This document shows positions 54,003 through 62,068 of a stretch of DNA of 64,000 nt, piece after piece (position 1 is the first letter of the stretch; every line of letters begins with the position of its first letter). Source of the stretch: Dehalococcoidia bacterium (GTDB taxonomy: Bacteria > Chloroflexota > Dehalococcoidia > UBA2979); contig JBFWOO010000004.1 in NCBI GenBank assembly GCA_050250415.1, forward strand, positions 149,766 to 213,765. The letters are read 5' to 3'. A model generated the notes under the pieces. That model had not been told where the DNA came from, made no database searches, and saw only the letters and a list, made by a program, of their open reading frames with translations. The translations under genes and the position numbers were made by a program.

Positions 54003-54806
54003 ATGGCGGAGGAAGCGGTCAGCCGTGGCGGCTGGAACCCGAACCAGTACGACCGCTTCCGGGCGGAGCGCGAGCAGCCGTTCTACGACCTCGCGGCCCT
54101 GGTCCGCCGCGAGTCCGGCATGCGCGTGGCCGACCTCGGCTGCGGCGACGGTCGCCTGACGGCCTGGCTCCACGGCGAGCTGGGCGCGGCGGAGACGCTG
54201 GGCATTGACTCGTCCGCCGAGATGCTCGCGAAGTCCGAGGCGAACGCCGGGGGTGGCGTCTCCTTCCGGCAGATGGACATCCTTGACGCTTCGGACGCCT
54301 ATCCGGAGGCCTTCGACCTCGTCTTCTCGAACGCGGCGCTCCAGTGGATCCTCGGGCACGAGACGCTCTTTCCGCGGATCGCGCGGATGGTGAAGCCGGG
54401 CGGGCAGTTCGCCGTGCAGATGCCGGCGAACGGCAAGGCGCCGTCGCATCGCATGGCGGCCGTCGTGGCGGCGGAGGAGCCCTTCGCCACCGCTCTCGGC
54501 GGGTGGATCCGCGAGGACCCGGTGCAGGACCCCGAGTTCTACTCGGCGCTGCTCCGCGAGCGGGTCGGGTGCGCCGAGCAGCTCGTGCGGCTGCAGGTGT
54601 ACGACCACGAGCTCGCGGAGACGCGCTCCGCGGTGGAGTGGGTGAAGGGCTCGCTGCTCACCGCCTACCTCGCGCGGCTTCCCCAGGAGCTCCACGCGCC
54701 GTTCCTCGAGCGGTACACCGAGGCGCTTGTTGCCGAGGTAGGGGAGCGCGCCCCGTACTACTACCCGTTCCCGCGCGTCTTCCTCTGGGGGCGGATGCCC
54801 GCCTAG
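54003..54806 (+). CDS. tam: class I SAM-dependent methyltransferase, trans-aconitate 2-methyltransferase-like
   Basis: The start was set at MAEEAVSRGGWNPNQYDRFRAEREQPFYDL. SAM motif VADLGCGDGRLT, then ...FSNAALQWI...GGQFAVQMPAN, as in Tam. Confidence 0.75.
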   Translation: MAEEAVSRGGWNPNQYDRFRAEREQPFYDLAALVRRESGMRVADLGCGDGRLTAWLHGELGAAETLGIDSSAEMLAKSEANAGGGVSFRQMDILDASDAYPEAFDLVFSNAALQWILGHETLFPRIARMVKPGGQFAVQMPANGKAPSHRMAAVVAAEEPFATALGGWIREDPVQDPEFYSALLRERVGCAEQLVRLQVYDHELAETRSAVEWVKGSLLTAYLARLPQELHAPFLERYTEALVAEVGERAPYYYPFPRVFLWGRMPA

Positions 54807-55006
54807 GCCCGGCTTCCCTGGGAGTGACAGCCCGCCGCCGGAGCTGGCCGGTGCGGACGGTACGGTCGTTCCCGAAATTCGACGAGCCGCCGGTTTACTT
54901 TCGTACGCGGGCGGCGTTGTCGGATAGGCACGTGCACATCGTCACAAGTGAGGCACCGAGCACACGCGCCGGGGTTGGCCTCGGCGCGGAGTGGAAGGAG
55001 CGAATC

Positions 55007-55135
55007 GTGCGTCTGAGGGACTACTACAGCCGCGTCGTACGCGACGGCCGCAACGGCCGCCCGTCGATCGACGAGGTGCGCGCCGACTACCGGCGTGACC
55101 TCAAGCGGCAAGTCGACGCCCACCTGATCCGGTAA
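55007..55135 (+). CDS. small hypothetical protein (42 aa)
   Basis: The GTG is preceded by GGAAGGAG at 6-nt spacing. Third-position G/C bias is strong from this start onward and weaker upstream. The protein reads VRLRDYYSRVVRDGRNGRPSIDEVRADYRRDLKRQVDAHLIR and is followed by a strong terminator. Confidence 0.45.
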   Translation: MRLRDYYSRVVRDGRNGRPSIDEVRADYRRDLKRQVDAHLIR

Positions 55136-55168
55136 CGGTCATGTGCACATCGACCAGCGGCTTCCGCT

Positions 55169-55200
55169 AGAGGCCCGGGGACGCCCGGGCCTCTTCGTTT
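55169..55200 (+). terminator. intrinsic terminator after the 42-aa ORF
   Basis: AGAGGCCCGGG-GACG-CCCGGGCCTCT, an 11-bp stem followed by TCGTTTC. Confidence 0.65.
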
Positions 55201-55263
55201 CACGCTGTCCGTCGCAGGCTGAGACGCCCTCGGGACTTCCCCTGTCGCGGGCGCCGGCGGAGG

Positions 55264-56430
55264 ATGGACGGCGTGATGCCCTCCCTCGCCCGGATGATCT
55301 CGTACGGCACGGTCGGCCTGCTGGTGCTGATCGTGGTCGTCCTGCTCCCGATGACCGGGGCGCTCGACGTCCCCCGCCTCCCCGTGAACCTCGGCGACAT
55401 CCGCGAAGGACGCGTGGTCGAGGTGCTCCAGGACGAGTTGCAGGCGTCCCAGCGCGGAGACGTCCGCCGGCAGCTTGCCGTGGTCGAGGTCGGCGGCGAG
55501 ACGATCGAGGTCGAGCACGTCTTCGTCGAGGGCTCGGCGGGAGGGTTCACGCTCGCCGCCGGGGACGAGGTGCTCGTCGTCGGCAACGAGTTCAACGGGC
55601 AGACCACCTACTTCATCCAGGAGCGCGTCCGCCGCACCTCGATCTGGGCGCTCTCGCTCGCCTTCGCGCTGCTCGTGGTGCTGGTCGGCGGGCGACAGGG
55701 GGCGCTGTCCCTCGTCGCGCTCGCGATCTCGTTCCTCGTGATCGTCCGGTTCATCGTCCCGGCGATCTACTCCGGGTGGGATCCGGTCCTCGCCGCGATC
55801 CTCGGGGCGCTCGTGATCATGTCCGCCGCGCTCGTGATCGGACACGGGCCGAGCGCCAAGACGTGGATCGCGTTCGGCGGGACCGCGCTCGCCCTCGCGC
55901 TGACGGGGGCGCTCGCCGTGTTCGCCGTCGGCTTCAGCCAGCTCACCGGCCTCGGCGACGAGGATGGCGCGACGCTCCAGATGCTCGTCCAGGGCGTCAG
56001 CGCGAGCGGCCTCCTCCTCGGGGGCATCATCATCGGCGCGCTGGGCGTCCTCGACGATGTCACGACGACGCAGGCGTCCACGGTGATGGAGATCCACCGC
56101 GCGAACCGCGCGCTCGGGCCGGCCCAGCTCTTCGCCCGCGCCATGAACGTCGGCCGCGACCACATCGCCTCGACGACGAACACGCTCGTGCTCGCCTATG
56201 CCGGCGCCTCGCTGCCCCTCCTGATGATCCTCGCCGGCCAGGGTGAGCCGCTCGGCATCCTCGTCTCCTACGAGCAGCTCGCGACCGAGGTAGTGCGCAC
56301 GCTCGTCGGCAGCATGGGGATCGTCGCCGCGGTGCCCATCACCACGGGGCTGGCGGCGTTCCTCGTCGGCTCCGGCGCGGTCAGCGACCGCGACGACGAA
56401 CACGATCCCGTCGCCGCGGCCCGCGCCTAG
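55264..56430 (+). CDS. YibE/F family membrane protein
   Basis: An N-terminal TM segment plus an extracytoplasmic beta-rich domain, followed by a polytopic region typical of YibE/F. The start is ambiguous (ATG 55264, GTG 55273 or ATG 55276). Confidence 0.7.
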   Translation: MDGVMPSLARMISYGTVGLLVLIVVVLLPMTGALDVPRLPVNLGDIREGRVVEVLQDELQASQRGDVRRQLAVVEVGGETIEVEHVFVEGSAGGFTLAAGDEVLVVGNEFNGQTTYFIQERVRRTSIWALSLAFALLVVLVGGRQGALSLVALAISFLVIVRFIVPAIYSGWDPVLAAILGALVIMSAALVIGHGPSAKTWIAFGGTALALALTGALAVFAVGFSQLTGLGDEDGATLQMLVQGVSASGLLLGGIIIGALGVLDDVTTTQASTVMEIHRANRALGPAQLFARAMNVGRDHIASTTNTLVLAYAGASLPLLMILAGQGEPLGILVSYEQLATEVVRTLVGSMGIVAAVPITTGLAAFLVGSGAVSDRDDEHDPVAAARA

Positions 56431-58073
56431 GGCGAGAGGGCGTCGGAAGCGTCCCACATCCGCTGGAGGATCGCGCCGCCCTCCGCGTCCGCTGGGTCGA
56501 GCAGCTCGACGGCGTACTGCTGCCGGACGACCGTCGGCCGCAGCCGGACTCCGAGGATGCGCTCACGGCTGAAGCCGACCTCGAGGATCGCCCCCTGCGT
56601 CGTCTCCACGGACCAGTCCTGGTCGAAGACGAAGTTGCCGAGCCCGTATGCAACGAACCCGTCCCCGATCCACTCCGTGGCCTGGACCCAGTGTGGGTGG
56701 TTGCCGACGACAAGGCTGGCGCCTGCCTTGACCGCCGTCCGCGCCAGCTCGCGCTGCCGCGCGCTCGGCGTCGCCGTGTACTCGATCCCCCAGGAGAAGC
56801 CCACGACGACATGGTCCGCCCGCTCCGCCGCGCGCCGGACGTCCTCGGCGAGGCCGTCGAGGTCGGCGTGCGCCGTCCCGGCCGTCGTCGCGGTGGCGCC
56901 GTAGTGCTGGAAGGCGATGTCGTCGTAGGCCAGGATCGCGAACGTCACCCCGTCCACCTGGACGATCACCGGCTCCCGGGCCGCTGCCAGGTCCGGGCCC
57001 GCCCCGACGGTCAGCAGTCCGGCGGCCTCGAGGTGCGCCACGGTCTCGATGACGGCCGACTGGTAGGCGCAGCCAGGCCAGCAGTCGCCCACGTGGTTCC
57101 CCACGGCCAGCGCGACATCGACGCCCGCCTCAGCCGCCGCGCGTGCCGCCTCCGGCCGCGTGGAGAGGTTGAACGTGGGCGTGCAGGGCGTCGGTGGGCC
57201 TTCGATCACGGCCGGCTCCCAGTGCGCGACGACGAGGTCCGCTCCCGCGATGAGGTCGCGCGTGCCGTCGTATGTGGTCCCGTAGCCCTCCTCGAGCCCG
57301 GCGACCCGGTCGGAGACGCAGCGAGCGGGGATCAGCTCGCCCGTGGCGAGGAAGAGCACCGGTTCCTCGGGCGGCACGGCGCCGGCGATGACTTCGCGCA
57401 CCTCGCCCGCGAGCGGCCCGTCGGCCCGGCGGTACTCGGCGAGGGGGTTCGCGTCGGGAGCGTCTCGGTACGGGTCGAACCCGGCGACCACGAGCGCGCG
57501 TACCTCCGGCGTCAGCTCCTCCGCCGGGATCACTCCGAGCGCGTCAGGCCTCGTTGCGACGGCCCCGATGACCTCGGCGAGCGATGCGGTCTGTAGCTCC
57601 CTCGAATCCGAGGGGAATGCGCCCGCCAGCCACGCGGCAGCTGCCGGGGTGGCGACGATGGGCCCCGGGCCGTGGAGCAGCCCCGCGAGGTCGTCACCGG
57701 CGTCGAGGAGCGCGCTCCGCGGATGCGTGACGATGACCCACGAGCGCGCCAGGAACCCCTCGGACGCCCCGATCCCGGCTGCGGCGTCGGTCACGCGCGT
57801 CTCGGCGTGGTCGGCCACGGTGAACCCCGCCGCTTCGAGGGCCGCCCGGTACCGGTCGGCTTCCGCCGGGTCGGCGACCTCGACCGCGACCGAACGCGCG
57901 GGGGGAGGCGACGCGCCCGCGAGGGCCGGCGTAGCAGCGGCCGCGGTGCCGCCCGCCGCCTCGAGGTCAGCATCGCCCTCGCAGGCGACGGACAGGAGCG
58001 CCGTCGCGACGAGCGCGAGGAGCGCGAATCGGACGAGCACGGCGGGGAGGGGACGGGCGCGACGCTGGAGCAT
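56427..58073 (-). CDS. CapA family (PGA_cap metallophosphatase-like) protein with an N-terminal extension
   Basis: Signal/TM N-terminus. The C-terminal part carries VGNHVGDCW..., VVGFSWGIEY..., LVVGNHPHWVQ... and GLGNFVFDQ, characteristic of the CapA family. Confidence 0.8.
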   Translation of the reverse strand: MLQRRARPLPAVLVRFALLALVATALLSVACEGDADLEAAGGTAAAATPALAGASPPPARSVAVEVADPAEADRYRAALEAAGFTVADHAETRVTDAAAGIGASEGFLARSWVIVTHPRSALLDAGDDLAGLLHGPGPIVATPAAAAWLAGAFPSDSRELQTASLAEVIGAVATRPDALGVIPAEELTPEVRALVVAGFDPYRDAPDANPLAEYRRADGPLAGEVREVIAGAVPPEEPVLFLATGELIPARCVSDRVAGLEEGYGTTYDGTRDLIAGADLVVAHWEPAVIEGPPTPCTPTFNLSTRPEAARAAAEAGVDVALAVGNHVGDCWPGCAYQSAVIETVAHLEAAGLLTVGAGPDLAAAREPVIVQVDGVTFAILAYDDIAFQHYGATATTAGTAHADLDGLAEDVRRAAERADHVVVGFSWGIEYTATPSARQRELARTAVKAGASLVVGNHPHWVQATEWIGDGFVAYGLGNFVFDQDWSVETTQGAILEVGFSRERILGVRLRPTVVRQQYAVELLDPADAEGGAILQRMWDASDALSP

Positions 58074-58083
58074 GGCTCGAAGG

Positions 58084-58863
58084 CTACTCGAAGAGCCACC
58101 AACGTTTCCGGCGTGGCGGGACGGAGGACGGGGTGAGGCCGAAGCGGTCGATCGCCGCCCGCACCATCACCTCGACGGCCTCGGCGGGCGAGTCGGTGAC
58201 CGTGAAGCGGTGGAGGTCGTGCTCGTCGATCTTCCCGGAGGCCACGAGCCGGGAGCGGAAGAAGCCCATGAGGTCGCCCCAGAACGCGGCGTTCATCAGC
58301 ACGATCGGGAAGTCGCGGATCTTCCCGGTCTGCACCAGCGTGGCCGTCTCGAACGCCTCGTCGAGCGTGCCGAAGCCGCCCGGCATGACGATGAAGCCGT
58401 AGGAGTACTTGAGCAGCATCACCTTGCGCACGAAGAAGTAGTGGAAGGTCACGAAGCGGTCGAGGTAGGGGTTCGCCTCCTGCTCGTGCGGGAGCACGAT
58501 GTTGCAGCCCACGGAGCGCCCACCGGCCTCGCGGGCGCCGCGGTTCGCGGCCTCCATGATCCCGGGCCCGCCGCCGGTCATGACGGTGAACCCGGCCCGC
58601 GCCAGGCGGGCGCCCACCTCGCGCGCCATCTCGTACTCGGGGTCGCCCTCATGGACACGGGCGGAGCCGAAGACGGTCACGCAGGGGCCGAGGAAGTGGA
58701 ACGTGCGAACCCCGCGGAAGAACTCGCGGCCGATGCGGAGCAGGCGGAGCAGCTCGGAGCCGCGGTCGTCCGGCCCGAGCAGGAACTGCTGCTCTGACGC
58801 GTTGTGCTCCCGAGGCCCTTCGACGCGTGGGTCGGTGGAGACGCCGGTCCTGCGCTGGTCCAT
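58084..58863 (-). CDS. LOG family / TIGR00730 Rossmann-fold protein (putative nucleotide 5'-monophosphate nucleosidase)
   Basis: The start was set at MDQRRTGVS (ATG 58861-58863). Motifs: VTVFGSAR..., TGGGPGIMEAANRGA and VMPGGFGTLDEAFE. Confidence 0.85.
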   Translation of the reverse strand: MDQRRTGVSTDPRVEGPREHNASEQQFLLGPDDRGSELLRLLRIGREFFRGVRTFHFLGPCVTVFGSARVHEGDPEYEMAREVGARLARAGFTVMTGGGPGIMEAANRGAREAGGRSVGCNIVLPHEQEANPYLDRFVTFHYFFVRKVMLLKYSYGFIVMPGGFGTLDEAFETATLVQTGKIRDFPIVLMNAAFWGDLMGFFRSRLVASGKIDEHDLHRFTVTDSPAEAVEVMVRAAIDRFGLTPSSVPPRRKRWWLFE

Positions 58864-58901
58864 GCTCCCGCTCCTCCGGCTGAGGGTAGGGCGATGCGGC
58901 C

Positions 58902-59216
58902 TCAGTCGCTCTCGGGGGCGCCCCGGCCCGGCGTGCCGTCCCGCAGGCGCCGCCAGCCGTCGTAGCCGAGCGAGGCGGCAACGCCGGTGACCAGGCCGAG
59001 CAGCAGCACCGTGGGCAGCGCGGGCCCGGCCCCGTCCGTCCCGAGGAGGCCGGCGCTCCACAGCCCCAGCACCCACGCGACGGCGGCGAAGTCCGTCACC
59101 AGCGGCCACGGCGAGCGACCCTCCACGGCCACGGCCCGCTTGAGGTGCTCCACCAGCACCGGCAGCGCCGCCGGTACCGCCGCCAGCCCGATGAACGACT
59201 CCCAGTGCGGCTCCAT
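58902..59216 (-). CDS. small hypothetical membrane protein (104 aa, about 3 TM)
   Basis: The start was set at MEPHWESFIGLAAVPAALPVL, and hydrophobic segments follow. The upstream part of the 241-aa track ORF is low-complexity and overlaps the neighbouring hydrolase gene. Confidence 0.4.
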   Translation of the reverse strand: MEPHWESFIGLAAVPAALPVLVEHLKRAVAVEGRSPWPLVTDFAAVAWVLGLWSAGLLGTDGAGPALPTVLLLGLVTGVAASLGYDGWRRLRDGTPGRGAPESD

Positions 59217-59292
59217 GCGACGCCTCCCCGCTCCCGCGACCGACCTCGGGAGCATCGCCCCGAGGCCCGTGAGCCCGAAGGCTGGGGTGGCG

Positions 59293-60342
59293 CTAGCGCC
59301 GCGCGCCGAGGGTGGACTCGATCCAGTCGAACACGGGCCCGGCCGCCCAGAAGCGTGCGGCGCCGTCCTCACCCCGCGTGCGGTAGCCCACGTGGCCACC
59401 ACGGTCCGCGATCGCGACGCGGACACGGCCGTCCGCGGCGCCGTGGTGCGCGGCGACCAGGGCGGCCGGGATGAACGGGTCGTTGCGTGCGGTGAGCAGA
59501 TACGCGGGGACGCGGAGGCCCCCGAGGATCGCGCCTGCGCCGGCCGACTCGTAGTACGCGTCGACGTCGGGGAAGCCGGCGGCGGGCGCCGTGAAGTATC
59601 CGTCGAAGTCGCGGATGGATCGGACATAACGGAGGTCGGCGGGCGGCCCCGGGACGGGGCGGACCGCGCGGATGCGGTCTAGCATCCCGCAGAGCCCGAG
59701 GATGAAGTTGAGCCGGTAGACGAGGTTGCTCGGGCGGTGGATCTCACGTTCGATGACGAAGAAGTCCAGCGCCGGGTTCATCGCCACTACGGCGTCGGCG
59801 CGGCTGCTCTCGCCGGCGAGGGCGGCGTAGCGCAGCGCCATGTTCGCCCCCAGGGACCCTCCGACGAGGACGTAGGGCCGCGGGAGGCCCCGGGCCTCCA
59901 TCTCCGTGAGCACCGCGCCGAGGTCGTCGCTCTGGACGGCGCTGAAGAGCGTCGATGCCAGGCGCTCGGTGCCGCCGTGGTTGCGGAGGTTCACGCGGAC
60001 GGCGTGCCAGCCCCGCCGCACCGCCGCGTCGGCCATGGCGACGACGTGAGGCCGTTCCGCCGAGCCGCCGAGGCCGTGGACGACGAGCAGCGAGCCGCCG
60101 ACACGCTCCGGCGGCGCCGACCAGAACGTCTCGACGCGTGTCCCGGGGCCGACCGCCACGAGGCGCCGGTCGGCCTCGAGCGGACCGACCGGGAGCGGGA
60201 GCGCCGAGGCGAGGATCGTCTCGAGGTGCCCACCGCGCATCCACCACGGGAACGGCCCCGCGCGCAGCATGTCGATGTGGTCGAGGGCGGCCGCGCGGGC
60301 GGTCGCCGCCTCGTCGCGGTGGTCGTCGGCCTCTGGATCCAT
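59293..60342 (-). CDS. alpha/beta-fold hydrolase (YheT-like)
   Basis: LLVVHGLGGSAERPH..., nucleophile elbow LVGGSLGANMAL, and acid and His regions (ARNDPFIP, DRGGHVGY). The start is at ATG 60342 or 60381. Confidence 0.8.
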   Translation of the reverse strand: MDPEADDHRDEAATARAAALDHIDMLRAGPFPWWMRGGHLETILASALPLPVGPLEADRRLVAVGPGTRVETFWSAPPERVGGSLLVVHGLGGSAERPHVVAMADAAVRRGWHAVRVNLRNHGGTERLASTLFSAVQSDDLGAVLTEMEARGLPRPYVLVGGSLGANMALRYAALAGESSRADAVVAMNPALDFFVIEREIHRPSNLVYRLNFILGLCGMLDRIRAVRPVPGPPADLRYVRSIRDFDGYFTAPAAGFPDVDAYYESAGAGAILGGLRVPAYLLTARNDPFIPAALVAAHHGAADGRVRVAIADRGGHVGYRTRGEDGAARFWAAGPVFDWIESTLGARR

Positions 60343-60438
60343 GCGTCGAGTAGACCATCCGCAGCGGCGGCGGCCAAACACGGGGCCGAGCGATGGCTAT
60401 CCTCGACGTGGAGCCCGCGGGCAGAGGAAGGGGGCGCG

Positions 60439-60827
60439 ATGGCCACGGTCGAGGAGCGCTGGGCCGCCGAGCCGTACTGCTACCTGACGACGGTCGGCCG
60501 CCGGACGGGCAGGCCCCACGAGATCGAGATCTGGTTCGCCGCCGTGGGGGACACCATCTATCTCATGAACGACGGCGGCGAGGACGCAGCGGCGGGCGAG
60601 TCCGACTGGGCGAAGAACCTCCGCGCGAACCCGAGCGCCCGCGTGCGGATCGGGGATGAGACGTTCGCCGGGGAGGCCCGGCCCGTGGAGTTCGACAGCC
60701 CGAGCACGAGCGGGCGCGCGAGCTGCTCGTCCCGAAGTACGAGCGGGCCGACTACGACCTGGCGCGGTGGCGCGCGACGGCGTTTCCCGTCGCGATCGCG
60801 CTGCGCCCGTTACCCTCCGGAAGCTGA
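60439..60827 (+). pseudogene. DDN-like nitroreductase-family deazaflavin (F420)-dependent oxidoreductase, frameshifted
   Basis: ATG 60439 (GAGGAAGGGGG SD) gives MATVEERWAAEPYCYLTTVGRRTGRPHEIEIWFA...ARVRIGDETFAGEARPVEFDSP. The family-typical C-terminus EHERARELLVPKYERADYDLARWRATAFPVAIALRPL is in the -1 frame from about 60702 and ends at TGA 60825-60827. Confidence 0.7.
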
Positions 60828-60913
60828 CCGCACGAATATCGCCCCGCCAGAATCGGGACCTTCGTCCGGCCCCGGCGCTGGCGGGTGACGCCGCCGGGGA
60901 GGAATCTCTGCGC

Positions 60914-61894
60914 ATGGCTACACGCACCGTCGCGTTTTCCTCGGACCGATCGAGCGCTGAAGCGCGCGTGCGCCGCATGGCGTGGCTCACGCTCGCGCTC
61001 ACCATCGCGACCATCGTGATGGGGGCAGTCGTCCGCGCGACCCACTCCGGGGACGGTTGCGGCCCGAAGTGGCCGACCTGCGAGGGCACGCTGGTGCTCC
61101 CCGGGACGGGCGAGCGGGCACAGCTGATCGAGTTCTCCCACCGCGCGATCTCCGGCTTCAGTCTGATCGCCGTCGTGATCCTCGCGGTGATGGTCTATCG
61201 CACCTACGTCGCGGGACATCCCGCCCGGAAGGCGGCGCTGTGGAGCGTCGGCCTGATGATCTTCGAGGCGCTCATCGGCGCCCTGATCGTCGTCTACGGG
61301 TGGGTCGCCCACGACCGTTCCGCCGCGCGGCAGGTGTCGGTGCCGCTCCACCTCGTCAACACGTTCCTGCTGACCGGCGCCATCACCTACACCGTGTGGC
61401 TGATCGAGGGGTACGCGCGCCCCGCGCTGTCCTCGGTCCCACGGCGCACGCGCGTCCTGCTCGGGCTGGCCTTCGTCCTGCTGCTGATCGCGGCGACGGG
61501 GGCGACGACCTCCCTGGCGGACACGCTGTTCGCCGCGGAGACGCTGGGCGAGGGGATCCGTCAGGACTTCGACAGCGAGTCCGCCCTGATCGTCCAGCTC
61601 CGCATCCTGCACCCCGTGGTCGCGATCCTCGGTGGCGCGCTCATCGCGTGGTTCGCCTGGCGTCACCTCGACGAGATCGAGGAGCGAGGCCACGCGTGGG
61701 CTGCCCGTGTGCTGCTGCTGGGCATCGCGATCCAGGCGACGCTCGGCTTCGTCCACGTGGCGCTCCTCACGCCGGTCGTGACGGGGCTGATCCACCTGTT
61801 CATCGCGCAGGCGCTGTGGATCGCGCTCGTGTGGGTGGCGCTGTCGCTCCTCGCGGCGCCGGGCCGCGCAGCGAGCCCCTCTCGGGGCGTCTAG
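60914..61894 (+). CDS. ctaA: heme A synthase (COX15/CtaA family)
   Basis: The start was set at MATRTVAF. It has the polytopic profile with GAVVRATHSGDGCGPKWPTCEG and conserved His residues (FSHRAIS, LHLVN, ILHPV, IHLFIAQ). Confidence 0.85.
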   Translation: MATRTVAFSSDRSSAEARVRRMAWLTLALTIATIVMGAVVRATHSGDGCGPKWPTCEGTLVLPGTGERAQLIEFSHRAISGFSLIAVVILAVMVYRTYVAGHPARKAALWSVGLMIFEALIGALIVVYGWVAHDRSAARQVSVPLHLVNTFLLTGAITYTVWLIEGYARPALSSVPRRTRVLLGLAFVLLLIAATGATTSLADTLFAAETLGEGIRQDFDSESALIVQLRILHPVVAILGGALIAWFAWRHLDEIEERGHAWAARVLLLGIAIQATLGFVHVALLTPVVTGLIHLFIAQALWIALVWVALSLLAAPGRAASPSRGV

Positions 61895-62068
61895 CCGCGC
61901 CTCCACCCCGACGGCGCCGCACCCGACGCGCTGCGACCGACGCGCCTGGCACGAGCTGGGGGCGACGCCACCCCCGGGCGAGGCGGCTCGCGCTCCGGGA
62001 GGGGGCGATGTCGGTCCGAACGGGCGAGGGCAGCCTGCGCGGAGCAGCCGCGGAGGGCCGCCGCGGGG

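Noticed and set aside
52629-54695. 688-aa minus-strand ORF overlapping the class V aminotransferase and tam regions
   Set aside because: It is out of frame with the recognisable aminotransferase and antisense to tam, and its composition is low-complexity and Arg/Pro-rich.
55264-56457. 456-aa minus-strand ORF 55087-56457 and + strand ORF 55143-56246 as alternatives to YibE/F
   Set aside because: Both are Arg/Asp/Gly/Pro-rich shadow frames. The 55264-56430 frame encodes coherent TM helices.
60439-60888. Reading the DDN-like gene as an intact 149-aa ORF ending at 60888
   Set aside because: After about codon 88 this frame gives STSGRASCSSRSTSGPTTTWRGGARRRF..., which has no resemblance to the family. 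The -1 frame gives the conserved C-terminus, so the gene is called frameshifted.
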